Positions 18,708 to 28,073 of a stretch of DNA of 64,000 nucleotides are shown piece by piece. Made by a program: the position numbers and the translations under genes. A model generated the notes under the pieces. That model ran no database searches and was not told the origin of the DNA. It worked only from the letters and a program-made list of their open reading frames with translations. Each line of letters starts with the position of its first letter. Position 1 is the stretch's first letter. Origin of the DNA: a virus; IMG/VR virus record IMGVR_UViG_3300020731_000015, positions 11,271 through 75,270 of that record; one strand, given 5' to 3'.

Positions 18708-19325
18708 ATGACTACAACGATGAATGAAGTAAAGGCGACTGACAAGCAGATTGCCTACATCAACGACTTGCTCAACTCACGAGTTGCGCCAGCCGAACTA
18801 CAGGCGTTGACTATCGACTTGCTTTCCCGCGCGGATGCGAGCCAAGTCATCGAGACTCTCTTGGCTTCACCACGCAAGTCTGTCTCTGGCCGCACCGAGA
18901 ACACGAATGTTCTCCCCAACACCGCACCAATCAACAAGATTCCAGTTGGCATCTACACGGTAGAACACGGTGACGGAACCCACACCACCCTCAAGTTCAG
19001 CGAAGAGGCTTGGGCCGACAACAAGATTATCGTTGCCGTTCTCACCGGCCCTAACAACGAACTAAACTACACCAAGTTCGGTTTCTTGACCGAGCAAGGC
19101 GTAAAGAAGTGGGCGAGCAAGCAAGTGAGCGAGAAGACCCTCGCTGCTGTTCAGTATCTCTTGACCGGTGGCGTTGACAAGGCTCGTGAGACTTTCCTCG
19201 CACAAGCCGAGGCTCACGCTTTCGAGTCGGGCAACTGCTTGGCTTGCCTCAAGACCTTGACTGTCCCCGCCTCACGGCACAGGGGTTTGGGTCCAGTATG
19301 CGCGAAGCGATTGGGGGTGCTGTAA
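18708..19325 (+). CDS. DUF6011-like Zn-finger protein
   Basis: CLACLKTLTVPASRHRGLGPVCA; AAAGGAGACACT-ATG at 18708. Confidence 0.75.
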   Translation: MTTTMNEVKATDKQIAYINDLLNSRVAPAELQALTIDLLSRADASQVIETLLASPRKSVSGRTENTNVLPNTAPINKIPVGIYTVEHGDGTHTTLKFSEEAWADNKIIVAVLTGPNNELNYTKFGFLTEQGVKKWASKQVSEKTLAAVQYLLTGGVDKARETFLAQAEAHAFESGNCLACLKTLTVPASRHRGLGPVCAKRLGVL

Positions 19326-19603
19326 TGAGTAGCGGATACTCCGTAATAGTTATGGGTAGGTATGCTCAATTAGTGCCTGCCTATGACTACCAAGTTGTTC
19401 GTATCGTTGATGGCTCTATTGCCGCAACCGTAGATGAATCGTTCACCCCGGTTGGACCAATAGACGGACTTGAGCAATACAAGTATCTAGACGAAAGACT
19501 AGAACAGATAGGCTTCGAGCGCGTAGGTGATTTCCAAGCGTTCGGCCCATACGACAAGTCATACATTTGCCAAATCAAGAAGAAAGAAGAGAGCGATGCC
19601 TAA
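19325..19603 (+). CDS. Hypothetical protein
   Basis: TAATG coupling, start MSSGY. Confidence 0.5.
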   Translation: MSSGYSVIVMGRYAQLVPAYDYQVVRIVDGSIAATVDESFTPVGPIDGLEQYKYLDERLEQIGFERVGDFQAFGPYDKSYICQIKKKEESDA

Positions 19604-20183
19604 TTGGTGCTACAACATCGTTGGAATTACTGGCGACAAGGAAAAGATAGAAGCCTTGCGTGACAAACTCGGCAAGCCCTACGAGATTAAGGGAGAAACC
19701 GTAGAATCACCATTCTCTTTTTGGAACATAGTCGCACCGACCGACCTCGTGGCTTACAACGAGGTCGTAGGATTCCCCGGTCGTGAGATGAATGACGAAC
19801 TCGGTTGGTATGGGTGGAACATCAAGAATTGGGGTTGTAAATGGGACGCGATAGATGCCACCCTTGAGGAACTCCCACAAATCGATGGGCGTATCCACCT
19901 CTCGTATCACTTCCAAACTCCTTGGAGTCCACCAGAGAAGATTATGGAATGGCTATTTCAGCACGGCAAGGAAAACGGCTTTACCGTCTATTGGCACTAC
20001 GAGGAAGAACAAGGCTGGGGCGGAGAAAGAGAACTCCGAGATGGTGAACTCACCGAAGAGACTTGGGATATTCCAAGTAGCCACGCCGAGTATGTGGCGA
20101 GGAATCAGGAGTGCTTCTGTGAGTGGGCCGCACCTGAAGTTGCCTTTCCCGACTGTCCAAAGCCCGAAGAAGCCAACGCCTAA
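19596..20183 (+). CDS. YubB/DUF1281 ferredoxin-like domain protein
   Basis: MPNWCYN...WYGWNIKNWGCKWD...FQTPWSPP. Confidence 0.8.
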   Translation: MPNWCYNIVGITGDKEKIEALRDKLGKPYEIKGETVESPFSFWNIVAPTDLVAYNEVVGFPGREMNDELGWYGWNIKNWGCKWDAIDATLEELPQIDGRIHLSYHFQTPWSPPEKIMEWLFQHGKENGFTVYWHYEEEQGWGGERELRDGELTEETWDIPSSHAEYVARNQECFCEWAAPEVAFPDCPKPEEANA

Positions 20184-20249
20184 CTGGATTTGGGCCTCGC
20201 TAGAGGCTAGGCTTACGCCATAGATTTGTAATAGTTATAAAGGAGAGAA

Positions 20250-20603
20250 GTGCTTACTCAAGGTGAAGTTCAGGAACGGATTGAGAAGTTAGAGGAACAC
20301 ATTGAGGCATTGACAGACGAGATTCGGGCCGCTGGTCACGACGCTGCGATTGCTGAAACTGATTACGAAACGGCTTACGCCCAACAACGATTGCTCGCAC
20401 GATTTAATGCGAACGAAGAGGGTAAGAAAATAACCGCCCCCGCCGTTGATGACACTGCTGTTGTAGCAACTAGCGAACTTCGACGCGCGGCGTTGCTTGC
20501 TCGCAACAACCTATCCACCTTGCGTGAGGCTCTAGCGGCCGCCAAAACTAATATGGACGGGCTAAGAACTCTTGCGGCTTCTCACCGAAGCGTTGCCCCA
20601 TAA
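20250..20603 (+). CDS. Coiled-coil hypothetical protein
   Basis: AAAGGAG RBS, GTG start. Confidence 0.6.
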   Translation: MLTQGEVQERIEKLEEHIEALTDEIRAAGHDAAIAETDYETAYAQQRLLARFNANEEGKKITAPAVDDTAVVATSELRRAALLARNNLSTLREALAAAKTNMDGLRTLAASHRSVAP

Positions 20604-20666
20604 ATAACTTGCTTTCGGCGGTAGTTTTTCCAAACTAGCGTGTTATCGTCAGTGGTGAAGACCACT

Positions 20667-20921
20667 ATGGAAAAGCCACCAATAACCGAGCAAGATATCA
20701 AGTTAATTGCCTTAGAAGAGGGTCTTCGCTCGGCTATCACTTTGGATAACCTACGCTTGGATATGCTGAATCGAGCCGTTCAATGGCTTGAGGAAGAAAC
20801 TGGTTTGGAAACCTACGAAATCCGGCAAGAAATAATTTCCCAAAAGGCTGGACAAGTGAAGCGCTCTCTTGATACAATTAAAGCCGTTCGTCATTTACTT
20901 CAAGATGATGGGCGAAACTAA
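20667..20921 (+). CDS. Hypothetical helical protein
   Basis: Similar to 12869-13192; start uncertain. Confidence 0.55.
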   Translation: MEKPPITEQDIKLIALEEGLRSAITLDNLRLDMLNRAVQWLEEETGLETYEIRQEIISQKAGQVKRSLDTIKAVRHLLQDDGRN

Positions 20922-20953
20922 ACGCATTACCTATTAGAGAGAGAGGACTTTCA

Positions 20954-21394
20954 ATGTCCAACGGTGCAAACACCACAGTAGTAGGCAACCTAGTTGCTGA
21001 CCCAGAAATCAAGTTCTTCACGAGCGGAGATGCTTACTGCAACATCACAGTTGCCGTATCCAGCCGCAAGAAGGACGACGCAGGAAACTGGGTTGACGGA
21101 GAAGTGTCATATTTTGACGCAACTCTTGTTGGCTCGCTTGCTGAAAACTTTGTCAACTCGTTGTCAAAGGGAACTCGTGTCTTCGTGACCGGAACCCAGA
21201 CTCAACGCCATTGGGAAGACAAGGACGGCAACAAGCGCAGTTCCTACGGCATCAAGGTTGACTCGGCAGGCCCAGACCTTCGTTGGTCAACTGCTTCTGT
21301 CACAAAGGTCGTTCGTGGCGAGGGTGGTGCTTCCAAGCCCGCTTCAGCACCGGCCGCCACTGCCCAGAGTTCCTTTGACGAGGAGCCCTTTTAA
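20954..21394 (+). CDS. ssb: Single-stranded DNA-binding protein
   Basis: VVGNLVADPE, SLSKGTRVFVTG, GPDLRW, C-terminal DEEPF. Confidence 0.95.
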   Translation: MSNGANTTVVGNLVADPEIKFFTSGDAYCNITVAVSSRKKDDAGNWVDGEVSYFDATLVGSLAENFVNSLSKGTRVFVTGTQTQRHWEDKDGNKRSSYGIKVDSAGPDLRWSTASVTKVVRGEGGASKPASAPAATAQSSFDEEPF

Positions 21395-21407
21395 GGCACA
21401 AGGTTGA

Positions 21408-21574
21408 TGGCGGATTCCGTTTGGGAAGCCTCGGCTGACCCTAAGAACCGCTAATCAAAGAGTTTCCCCTAGACCTAGCGAGTTTCTGGTTTTACCCCTT
21501 TTTACCAGAGAACAAGCGAACACACGAAGCCTTTTGTCTCCTCTTGGCGAGTGAACCGGTCTAGGGGATTTCTC
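21408..21574. ncRNA. Candidate structured ncRNA, strand uncertain
   Basis: 11-bp perfect closing stem TCCCCTAGACC (21465-75) with GGTCTAGGGGA (21558-68) encloses two hairpins; a further hairpin at about 21408-21453; no credible ORF. Confidence 0.5.
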
Positions 21575-21619
21575 ACATAAAAAGTCAATTTCACAACATT
21601 TCAGCAAAAAGATGCTGTA

Positions 21620-22048
21620 GTGTTTCCAAACGTGACCTTTCCAAACCACGGCGACAATAAAGAAGACGAGTTCGGCTTTACGCCCGACTTCGACTTCCCT
21701 GAAACGCCGATTTACCTTGAGTTTGATTTATTCAAGGCTTTCTTTGGGTCAGTTTGGAAACAAGATGCTTTATGTAAGACCCCTAACGCCGAGCACTTGG
21801 ATAAGTTCTATCCCGAAGCCGGGGTTCACGGTGGGAATCACCTCGCCGCGCCGAGAAAACTTTGTTTGGAATGCCCGGTCCGATACGAGTGTTTGGAAGA
21901 GGGAATCGATGAGCCTTTCGGAGTTTGGGGCGGACATTCGCCAAGTCAACGACGCCGGATTAGTTCAATGCTGAAAAAGGGTAGTAGCCTTATAGAAGCA
22001 AGCCAATTTATAGACCAACGGAGTAGAGATGCCCGACGACCAGAGTAA
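21620..22048 (+). CDS. whiB: WhiB-family transcription factor (start may be GTG 21632)
   Basis: WKQDALC...FYP...CLECPVRYEC...FGVWGG.S..QRR. Confidence 0.9.
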   Translation: MFPNVTFPNHGDNKEDEFGFTPDFDFPETPIYLEFDLFKAFFGSVWKQDALCKTPNAEHLDKFYPEAGVHGGNHLAAPRKLCLECPVRYECLEEGIDEPFGVWGGHSPSQRRRISSMLKKGSSLIEASQFIDQRSRDARRPE

Positions 22049-23642
22049 GGTAAATAATTACGCCGAACTCGGTGCTTCCGGTCTTTGGCGCACCGGTGGA
22101 TTCGTCATTGACGATATCCTTCCTCAACTCCGAGGAAAACAAGCCCTTACTGCTTACCGTGATATGTCGGAGAACGACCCAATCGTGGGTGCGATGCTGT
22201 TCGCTATTGAGCGCATTATTCTCCAAGTTGACTGGCGTGTTGACCCTTACGATGATGCGACTGGCACAACACCAACTGATGAAGACCGTGCGATAGCGTT
22301 GTTTGTCCAAGAGTGTATGGATGATATGAGTCACTCGTGGCACGAGTTTATGATTGCAATTCTTTCGTTCTTGCCTTACGGCTTTTCTTTCTTCGAGATT
22401 GTTTACAAACAGCGCAAGGGGCCGAATCAGAAAGACCCATCACAGCGCTCTAAGTTCTCCGACAACAAAATCGGTTGGCGAAAGATTGTTATGCGCGCGC
22501 AAGACTCCTTGTGGCAGTGGCAATTCGATGAGAGCGGCGGAATCAAAGCGTTCATTCAGCGCGACCCCACTACTGGTCGCCTCAATGTAATCCCGATTGA
22601 AAAGGGTTTGCTGTTCCGCACGACTTCGGCTCGTGGAAACCCAGAGGGTCGTTCTATTCTTCGCAACGCCTTTAAGTCTTGGTATTACAAGCGTCGTATC
22701 GAAGAGTTCGAGGCGGTCGGAGTAGAGCGTGACCTCGCTGGTTTGCCAGTCGCTTATGTTCCCGCCGAGTGGCTAAGTTCCAACGCCACCCCTGCTGAAA
22801 AGATGGCACTACAAGCGATGCAGCAAATCGTTCGTAATGTCAAGCGCAACGAAACAGAGGGAATCGTTCTCCCTACCTTGTTTGATGAGAACGGCAAGCA
22901 ACTAATCGACTTTAAGTTGCTGAATAGCGGTGGAAACCGTCAGTTCAATACCGACCAGATTATTTCTCGCTACAACCAGCAAATCTCAATGACCGTCTTG
23001 GCTGACTTCATTATGTTGGGTCACGAGAGCGTGGGCTCGTTCTCACTAGGAACTTCCAAAGTAGAACTCTTTATGGCCGCCGTTGAGTCGTGGGTTCGCC
23101 TAATTGCTGAAGTTATCAATAGCCACGCTATTCCTCGCCTAATGAACCTAAACGGATTCGACACCGAGCGTTGCCCCACCCTTTCTTATGGTCAGGTCAC
23201 AGCCGTTGACCTACAGGAACTCGGCGGATTCTTGGGAACCCTTACCCAGAACAAGTTGATTACACCAGACAACAACTTGGAAGACTTCCTGCGAGAACTC
23301 GCTGGTCTGCCCGATTTTATGTCACAGCCAGATGGTATGGCCCAAAACCTACGCTACGGCGATGGTGGTCAGTTCGCTCAAGACCAAATTATGCAAGGGA
23401 AACACCCCTTTATTGGCGTAAAGGGCGACTCTTCAGGTGGCGACGACTCAACTGACGGACCAGTTCAGAACCCACAGGGCGGGGTCAACGACCAATCGGG
23501 CGGTAGCGGAATCCAATCGGAAATCAGCAGCCACGGCTATCCCGGTGAGACTGGACAAGTTCCACCATCGGCTAAGGGCAAGACCAAAGACGACAAGGGT
23601 ATGAACGGCCCTCTAACCAACAATCAAGGCCCGACTTCGTAA
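22029..23642 (+). CDS. Portal protein (DUF935/Mu gp29-like)
   Basis: YRDMSEND, L.YGFSFFEIVYK, GNPEGRSILR, GVERDLAGLPV; directly upstream of the protease. Confidence 0.88.
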   Translation: MPDDQSKVNNYAELGASGLWRTGGFVIDDILPQLRGKQALTAYRDMSENDPIVGAMLFAIERIILQVDWRVDPYDDATGTTPTDEDRAIALFVQECMDDMSHSWHEFMIAILSFLPYGFSFFEIVYKQRKGPNQKDPSQRSKFSDNKIGWRKIVMRAQDSLWQWQFDESGGIKAFIQRDPTTGRLNVIPIEKGLLFRTTSARGNPEGRSILRNAFKSWYYKRRIEEFEAVGVERDLAGLPVAYVPAEWLSSNATPAEKMALQAMQQIVRNVKRNETEGIVLPTLFDENGKQLIDFKLLNSGGNRQFNTDQIISRYNQQISMTVLADFIMLGHESVGSFSLGTSKVELFMAAVESWVRLIAEVINSHAIPRLMNLNGFDTERCPTLSYGQVTAVDLQELGGFLGTLTQNKLITPDNNLEDFLRELAGLPDFMSQPDGMAQNLRYGDGGQFAQDQIMQGKHPFIGVKGDSSGGDDSTDGPVQNPQGGVNDQSGGSGIQSEISSHGYPGETGQVPPSAKGKTKDDKGMNGPLTNNQGPTS

Positions 23643-23806
23643 TGAAGCGAATTATGTTTATCAGTCCTAAGTTTGCTAAGAAGCGCAAAAGCGTATTGCG
23701 AGTTCAATCACCACTCAAGGCCGCTAGGCGACCACGCTCTAACTAAACAGAGATTTGGAAAGAGTGGGGTAAAGTAATGAACGAACTAACCACAAGGGAG
23801 TCGGCC

Positions 23807-25681
23807 GTGTCACAAGTGAGCATCTTTGATGTAGTTGCTGATGTCGCTTTGGGCGACATTATTAAGAACCAGAACCTAAACGCAGATGTGCGTGAGGGTG
23901 CTGCCGACCTCTTACGAGAGGGCTACCTCACCGCAGATGTTATGGCTGTTTCTAAGGGCGAGGGCGAAATGTCCGTTGTTCTTATTCCCAACGAGGAAGT
24001 CAAAGACGAGTCGCCAATTTGGAAAAAGTTGGCTGGCAAGGTATTTGGCGAAACCGAACTTTCGGCTGGTGCTGAACAGCGTTTGATTTCTCGCAATATC
24101 GCTAAGGGCTTGGCTTCCGTGTCACACCCCTTTGTTAAGAGCGCCAATGCCTTTGGCGGCGTTCACGCTTGCGTAGTCTGTGGCTCAACCGCCGAGACTG
24201 ATGTATGTGAGCCGCTAGACAAGGCCGTAGGCTTCCCATTCTCCTTTGCCCCTAGCCCCGTAGAGCCAACTGCTGATATGAACGATGATGGCGCGGTCCA
24301 AGTCCAACTCGACCCACAGACAGTTGCCTCAATTATCGGTGCGGTTCAGACTCCCGACAACACCGATAACTCATCAAGCGAGAGCGAGAGTTCATCTTCA
24401 TCAAGTAGCAGTAGTAGTTCCTCATCATCTTCTAGTAGCAGCGACTCCACCGAGGAATCATCTTCCTCAAGCAGTTCCTCTTCCTCATCATCAAGCAGTA
24501 GCAGTAGCGACAGCGAATACTCAAGTGCTGATGACTCATCAAGTAGTTCCTCTAGTTCGAGTAGTTCCTCATCTTCCTCAAGTTCGAGCAGTTCGTCTTC
24601 TTCGTCTAGCGATGATGCGATTCTTGGCGACAGTTGGAAAGACGGCCTTGACCCTTGGCAGGTAGAACTTGCTGAAAGCCTTGACGAAATCGTTGAGGAT
24701 ATCGGTCGTATCCCTACTACCGAGGCTAACTACACCGACGTCTCTCCATACCAAGCATCCGGCCAGAACTGTAAGAACTGTATTGCTTACGATGGCGGTT
24801 GTGACTGGGTAGCCGTTCAGCCAGCCGAGGGCGGATGGTGCAAGTTCAATATTGTTCCAGTCCTTATCAAGTCTTCTGCTGAAACCGAAGCCTTTATGAA
24901 GAACCCATCGGTTTCCAAAGTAGAGAGTATGGCTTACGGCGACTTGCCAGAGGACTCAAGCGATTCAGAAGACGAATCCTCAAACCCTTTTGGAATGAGC
25001 ATTAACGCCGATGGCACTTACGGCGCGCCCATTACCGACCCCAACTCTGCCCCTAGCCGTGACTCACTCGCTAGTGGCCCGATGCTGAAATCGCAGCCAA
25101 GTTCGGGCTCGGTTCACGTTGACTCAACTTCTTGGAACGGCAAATACGAGCCAGAGATGCCAGAGAATATGACTATTCTTGACGAGCAGATGCCAGAGCC
25201 ACTCAACGAGTTTGGTGAAGTCGCAGAAGACGAAGACGACAGTATTCCCGGCACTATCCGTAAGGATGCCGACCTGCGCTACACGCTCGGCCCTTGGTAT
25301 GTTCCATACTCATCAGATGCACACGGCGAATGGACCGACCCATCAGAACTTCAGCAAGCCCTTTGGGGTTATGTCCGTTCAGGCGACCGTGATATCCGAC
25401 TCCAACACAATGTAGATATCGTTGCTGGTGAGTGGGTAGAGGCTATGACTTGGCCTTACGAAGTGACCTTGCCAATGGTTCAGGCCGGGACTGGTGCTGT
25501 TTCCAATACTAAGTTCCCCGCTGGAACCGTTTTCCTCGGCGTTCTTTGGAAGCCTTGGGCTTGGGAATTGGTGAAGCAAGGAAAGATTGGTGGCTACTCA
25601 ATGGGTGGCACAGGCGCGGGCGTAGAAGTTGATATGCCAGCCCCAACCGATATTCCGACTTTCCCTGCTGTTAACAACTAA
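23807..25681 (+). CDS. XkdF-like prohead protease with an N-terminal poly-Ser tract and a HiPIP-like Cys domain
   Basis: C-terminal YTLGPWYVP...DAHGEW...LQH...GEWVE...PAGT...WELVKQGKIGGYSMGG; AAGGGAG RBS before GTG 23807. Confidence 0.8.
   Translation: MSQVSIFDVVADVALGDIIKNQNLNADVREGAADLLREGYLTADVMAVSKGEGEMSVVLIPNEEVKDESPIWKKLAGKVFGETELSAGAEQRLISRNIAKGLASVSHPFVKSANAFGGVHACVVCGSTAETDVCEPLDKAVGFPFSFAPSPVEPTADMNDDGAVQVQLDPQTVASIIGAVQTPDNTDNSSSESESSSSSSSSSSSSSSSSSSDSTEESSSSSSSSSSSSSSSSSDSEYSSADDSSSSSSSSSSSSSSSSSSSSSSSSSDDAILGDSWKDGLDPWQVELAESLDEIVEDIGRIPTTEANYTDVSPYQASGQNCKNCIAYDGGCDWVAVQPAEGGWCKFNIVPVLIKSSAETEAFMKNPSVSKVESMAYGDLPEDSSDSEDESSNPFGMSINADGTYGAPITDPNSAPSRDSLASGPMLKSQPSSGSVHVDSTSWNGKYEPEMPENMTILDEQMPEPLNEFGEVAEDEDDSIPGTIRKDADLRYTLGPWYVPYSSDAHGEWTDPSELQQALWGYVRSGDRDIRLQHNVDIVAGEWVEAMTWPYEVTLPMVQAGTGAVSNTKFPAGTVFLGVLWKPWAWELVKQGKIGGYSMGGTGAGVEVDMPAPTDIPTFPAVNN
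24372..24610 (+). repeat. Poly-serine low-complexity tract
   Basis: Three long Ser runs encoded by mixed TCN and AGY codons. Confidence 0.9.
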
Positions 25682-25757
25682 TCCCCCTATCTACGACTAG
25701 GGTTTTCCAAAGTAGGGGATAGTATCTACCCAGAAACTTCCCCACTTGGAGGCCGCC

Positions 25758-28073
25758 GTGTCAGAAAACATCTTCTCGCAGATTGAGTCTTGGATTCGCA
25801 TCGTTAAAGATGCCAACGAGTCGCTCGCAACGGTTATGCGACACGACCAAGACCACGACAATTGGCACAGAATGCACGGTGACGCACCTTGCACTTCAGA
25901 GGCAGACTGCGCAGCAAAGCGCGCCAAATACGCAGAGGTGAAAGACGAGCAGGCAGTCACTAAGGGAGACTTGCCGGGCCACGAGTTCCACGGGAACCAG
26001 TACGAGGCTGGAGAGGGCGGTGGTGGAAATCTCACCCCCTCTGGGCACCGTCCGTTGAACGAGATTGCTCGTGACATCGAAAAGGTTTGGAATGCGAACA
26101 GCAAGAATGGCGTTCACTATACCGCCAAACCATACCTAGACGCACTAAAGCAACTCCACGACATCAAAGACAACTATATGTTTGACAGTGCCAAGAGCGT
26201 TGTCAACTACTTGCTCTCCAATATGGGAACTTTCCGTGGTGAAGGCGCCCCCGAATTAAAAAACGAATTAAAAGCACTGGTCAAACAATACACCGCAGGT
26301 AGTGGTGGCGGGAAGACCGCTCAAATCACTAGTGACTCAAAAACCAAGCCGACCGCAAGCGGCCCAGCAGCAAACCTCGCTAGGACTCACACGAGTATCA
26401 ACAACGCACTAAAGGCTGCGGTATCAGCAAACGGCGACCTCAAAGACTTGATTAGTACTTCTAAGTCATCAAAGACACGGGGCTACTACGGAACCGTTGG
26501 TGATGACGACCTTATGTGGGGAACACACCTAGACCTCAAGGACGCCCACGAAAAGTTGGCCGCCTTGCACACACGCGCCGCAACACAGGCAACCAAAGTT
26601 GGCGACACGGAACTAGCAAACGCTCATATTCAGGCGGCCAATGCTCACCGTTTGGCTGCTGAAACGGCAAACGACCGCCGTAATCGTGGTGGCGACACCA
26701 CCCCTAGCCAAGCAGAAGTCAAGGAAGCGCAAGACACCGCTAGAAAGAGCGCTCGTGCTATTTCGGCCTCGCAGAAAATCCTAGATGGCTCGAAGACCGC
26801 TCAAATCACCAGCGATTCGCAAACTAGAAGCGGAACATCCAATGTAAAGTTTGGACCATCTGAAACAAGCAAGATGCGTAGCGAGGCTGCTCGCCTTTCC
26901 AACCAAGTTCTTCACAAAGAAGACGCAGAGACAGATGCGCACGTTGCTCACATCGAACTCGCTAATAGCCACGCTAACGCCGCTAGGAGTGCTAGGGAAG
27001 ATGGGCTAAACAAATTAGCCAACGCTCACCAGAACGCTGCGAACGCTCACGCTAATGCTGCTGTTGCCACTACTTTGGGTGGCGACAACTACCCCAAACT
27101 CGCTCAAGCCGCTGGTGTTGCGACTGCTAAGGCCGACAACATCAACTACGAGCGCCCTATCAATGACGGAATTGCTGGTGGCATTATCGCTAGTGACTCG
27201 CAGACCAAGCCAAGCACAAGTGGCTTGGCTGACCGTGCTAACGACTTGGCAGAAAACGCCGAGCGAATGGAGCCAGAAGAGGTCGCCCAAGAACACGATG
27301 AAATCGCACAGGGCCACAAGGATGCCGCTAGCGATGCTAAGGCGGCCCTAGACACTTTTAAGGCAGAAAACGAAAAGAATCCAGTTGTTTCAGCAGACAA
27401 GCACATCGCTGACCTGCAAAACGAGATTGACGCACACAAGCAAGCGGCCGAAGAGCACGAAATGGCCGCCGATAGCCAAAGAGCCTCTGCGGGAAATAAC
27501 TATGAATATCAAGAAGCCGCTCAAGGTGCTACTGACTCGGCTGCTGATGCTTCGGTTAGGGCCACTAAAGCATCGGATATTGCTAGTGGAACTATTACTA
27601 AGGCCGACCAAATGGGCCACGAGTTCCGAGGCAACCAATATTCACAAGGACAAGGTGGCGGTTCAGCACCAGCGCGCCGTGTAGATGAGGGTCGTTGGAA
27701 TCCCGGCGACTGGAATCCCGGCGACCACCCGGTTTTGCCACTACACCCCGACTTCCCCGAACACCGAGTAGGAAGCCCATTCCAAACTAATCAGTGGGAG
27801 CCGCCAATACACAGAACGCCGGATGCGCCCTACACCACTAGGCCAACTATTTCACCAGACGGCCATCAAGAACCCGAAGCAGGCAATCCTTTCCGCTCTA
27901 ACCAATGGCACCCAGATGGAACTCGCCTACACGGAATGCCAGAAATCACACAACCAGAACAAGGGCCATCTACTCATCAAGAGGGTGGCGTGGGAAACCG
28001 ATTCAACCCCACTAGCCCAAGCAAAGTTCTAGATTACTTGCGCTCCAAGTATAGAGCCCGTGACAATGGCTAA
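25758..28073 (+). CDS. Tagged cargo protein 1 (two GHxFxGNQ tags, His/Ala helical repeats)
   Basis: GGAGG RBS before GTG 25758; leader FSQIESWIRIVK; tags at 25962 and 27600. Confidence 0.8.
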   Translation: MSENIFSQIESWIRIVKDANESLATVMRHDQDHDNWHRMHGDAPCTSEADCAAKRAKYAEVKDEQAVTKGDLPGHEFHGNQYEAGEGGGGNLTPSGHRPLNEIARDIEKVWNANSKNGVHYTAKPYLDALKQLHDIKDNYMFDSAKSVVNYLLSNMGTFRGEGAPELKNELKALVKQYTAGSGGGKTAQITSDSKTKPTASGPAANLARTHTSINNALKAAVSANGDLKDLISTSKSSKTRGYYGTVGDDDLMWGTHLDLKDAHEKLAALHTRAATQATKVGDTELANAHIQAANAHRLAAETANDRRNRGGDTTPSQAEVKEAQDTARKSARAISASQKILDGSKTAQITSDSQTRSGTSNVKFGPSETSKMRSEAARLSNQVLHKEDAETDAHVAHIELANSHANAARSAREDGLNKLANAHQNAANAHANAAVATTLGGDNYPKLAQAAGVATAKADNINYERPINDGIAGGIIASDSQTKPSTSGLADRANDLAENAERMEPEEVAQEHDEIAQGHKDAASDAKAALDTFKAENEKNPVVSADKHIADLQNEIDAHKQAAEEHEMAADSQRASAGNNYEYQEAAQGATDSAADASVRATKASDIASGTITKADQMGHEFRGNQYSQGQGGGSAPARRVDEGRWNPGDWNPGDHPVLPLHPDFPEHRVGSPFQTNQWEPPIHRTPDAPYTTRPTISPDGHQEPEAGNPFRSNQWHPDGTRLHGMPEITQPEQGPSTHQEGGVGNRFNPTSPSKVLDYLRSKYRARDNG

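Noticed and set aside
21395-21620. tRNA genes here or at 46020-46140
   Set aside because: No cloverleaf, T-loop GTTCRA in a proper stem, or CCA end was found. Both regions are kept only as unassigned ncRNA candidates.
23777-23806. Track start codons at 23777, 25746, 9078, 10186, 46923 and 18648
   Set aside because: Downstream starts (23807, 25758, 9258, 10375, 47043, 18708) have better RBS or leaderless promoter context and match domain or leader boundaries.
24372-24610. Poly-Ser tract as a microsatellite or assembly artefact
   Set aside because: It uses all six Ser codons with no fixed DNA period, which fits selection on the protein.
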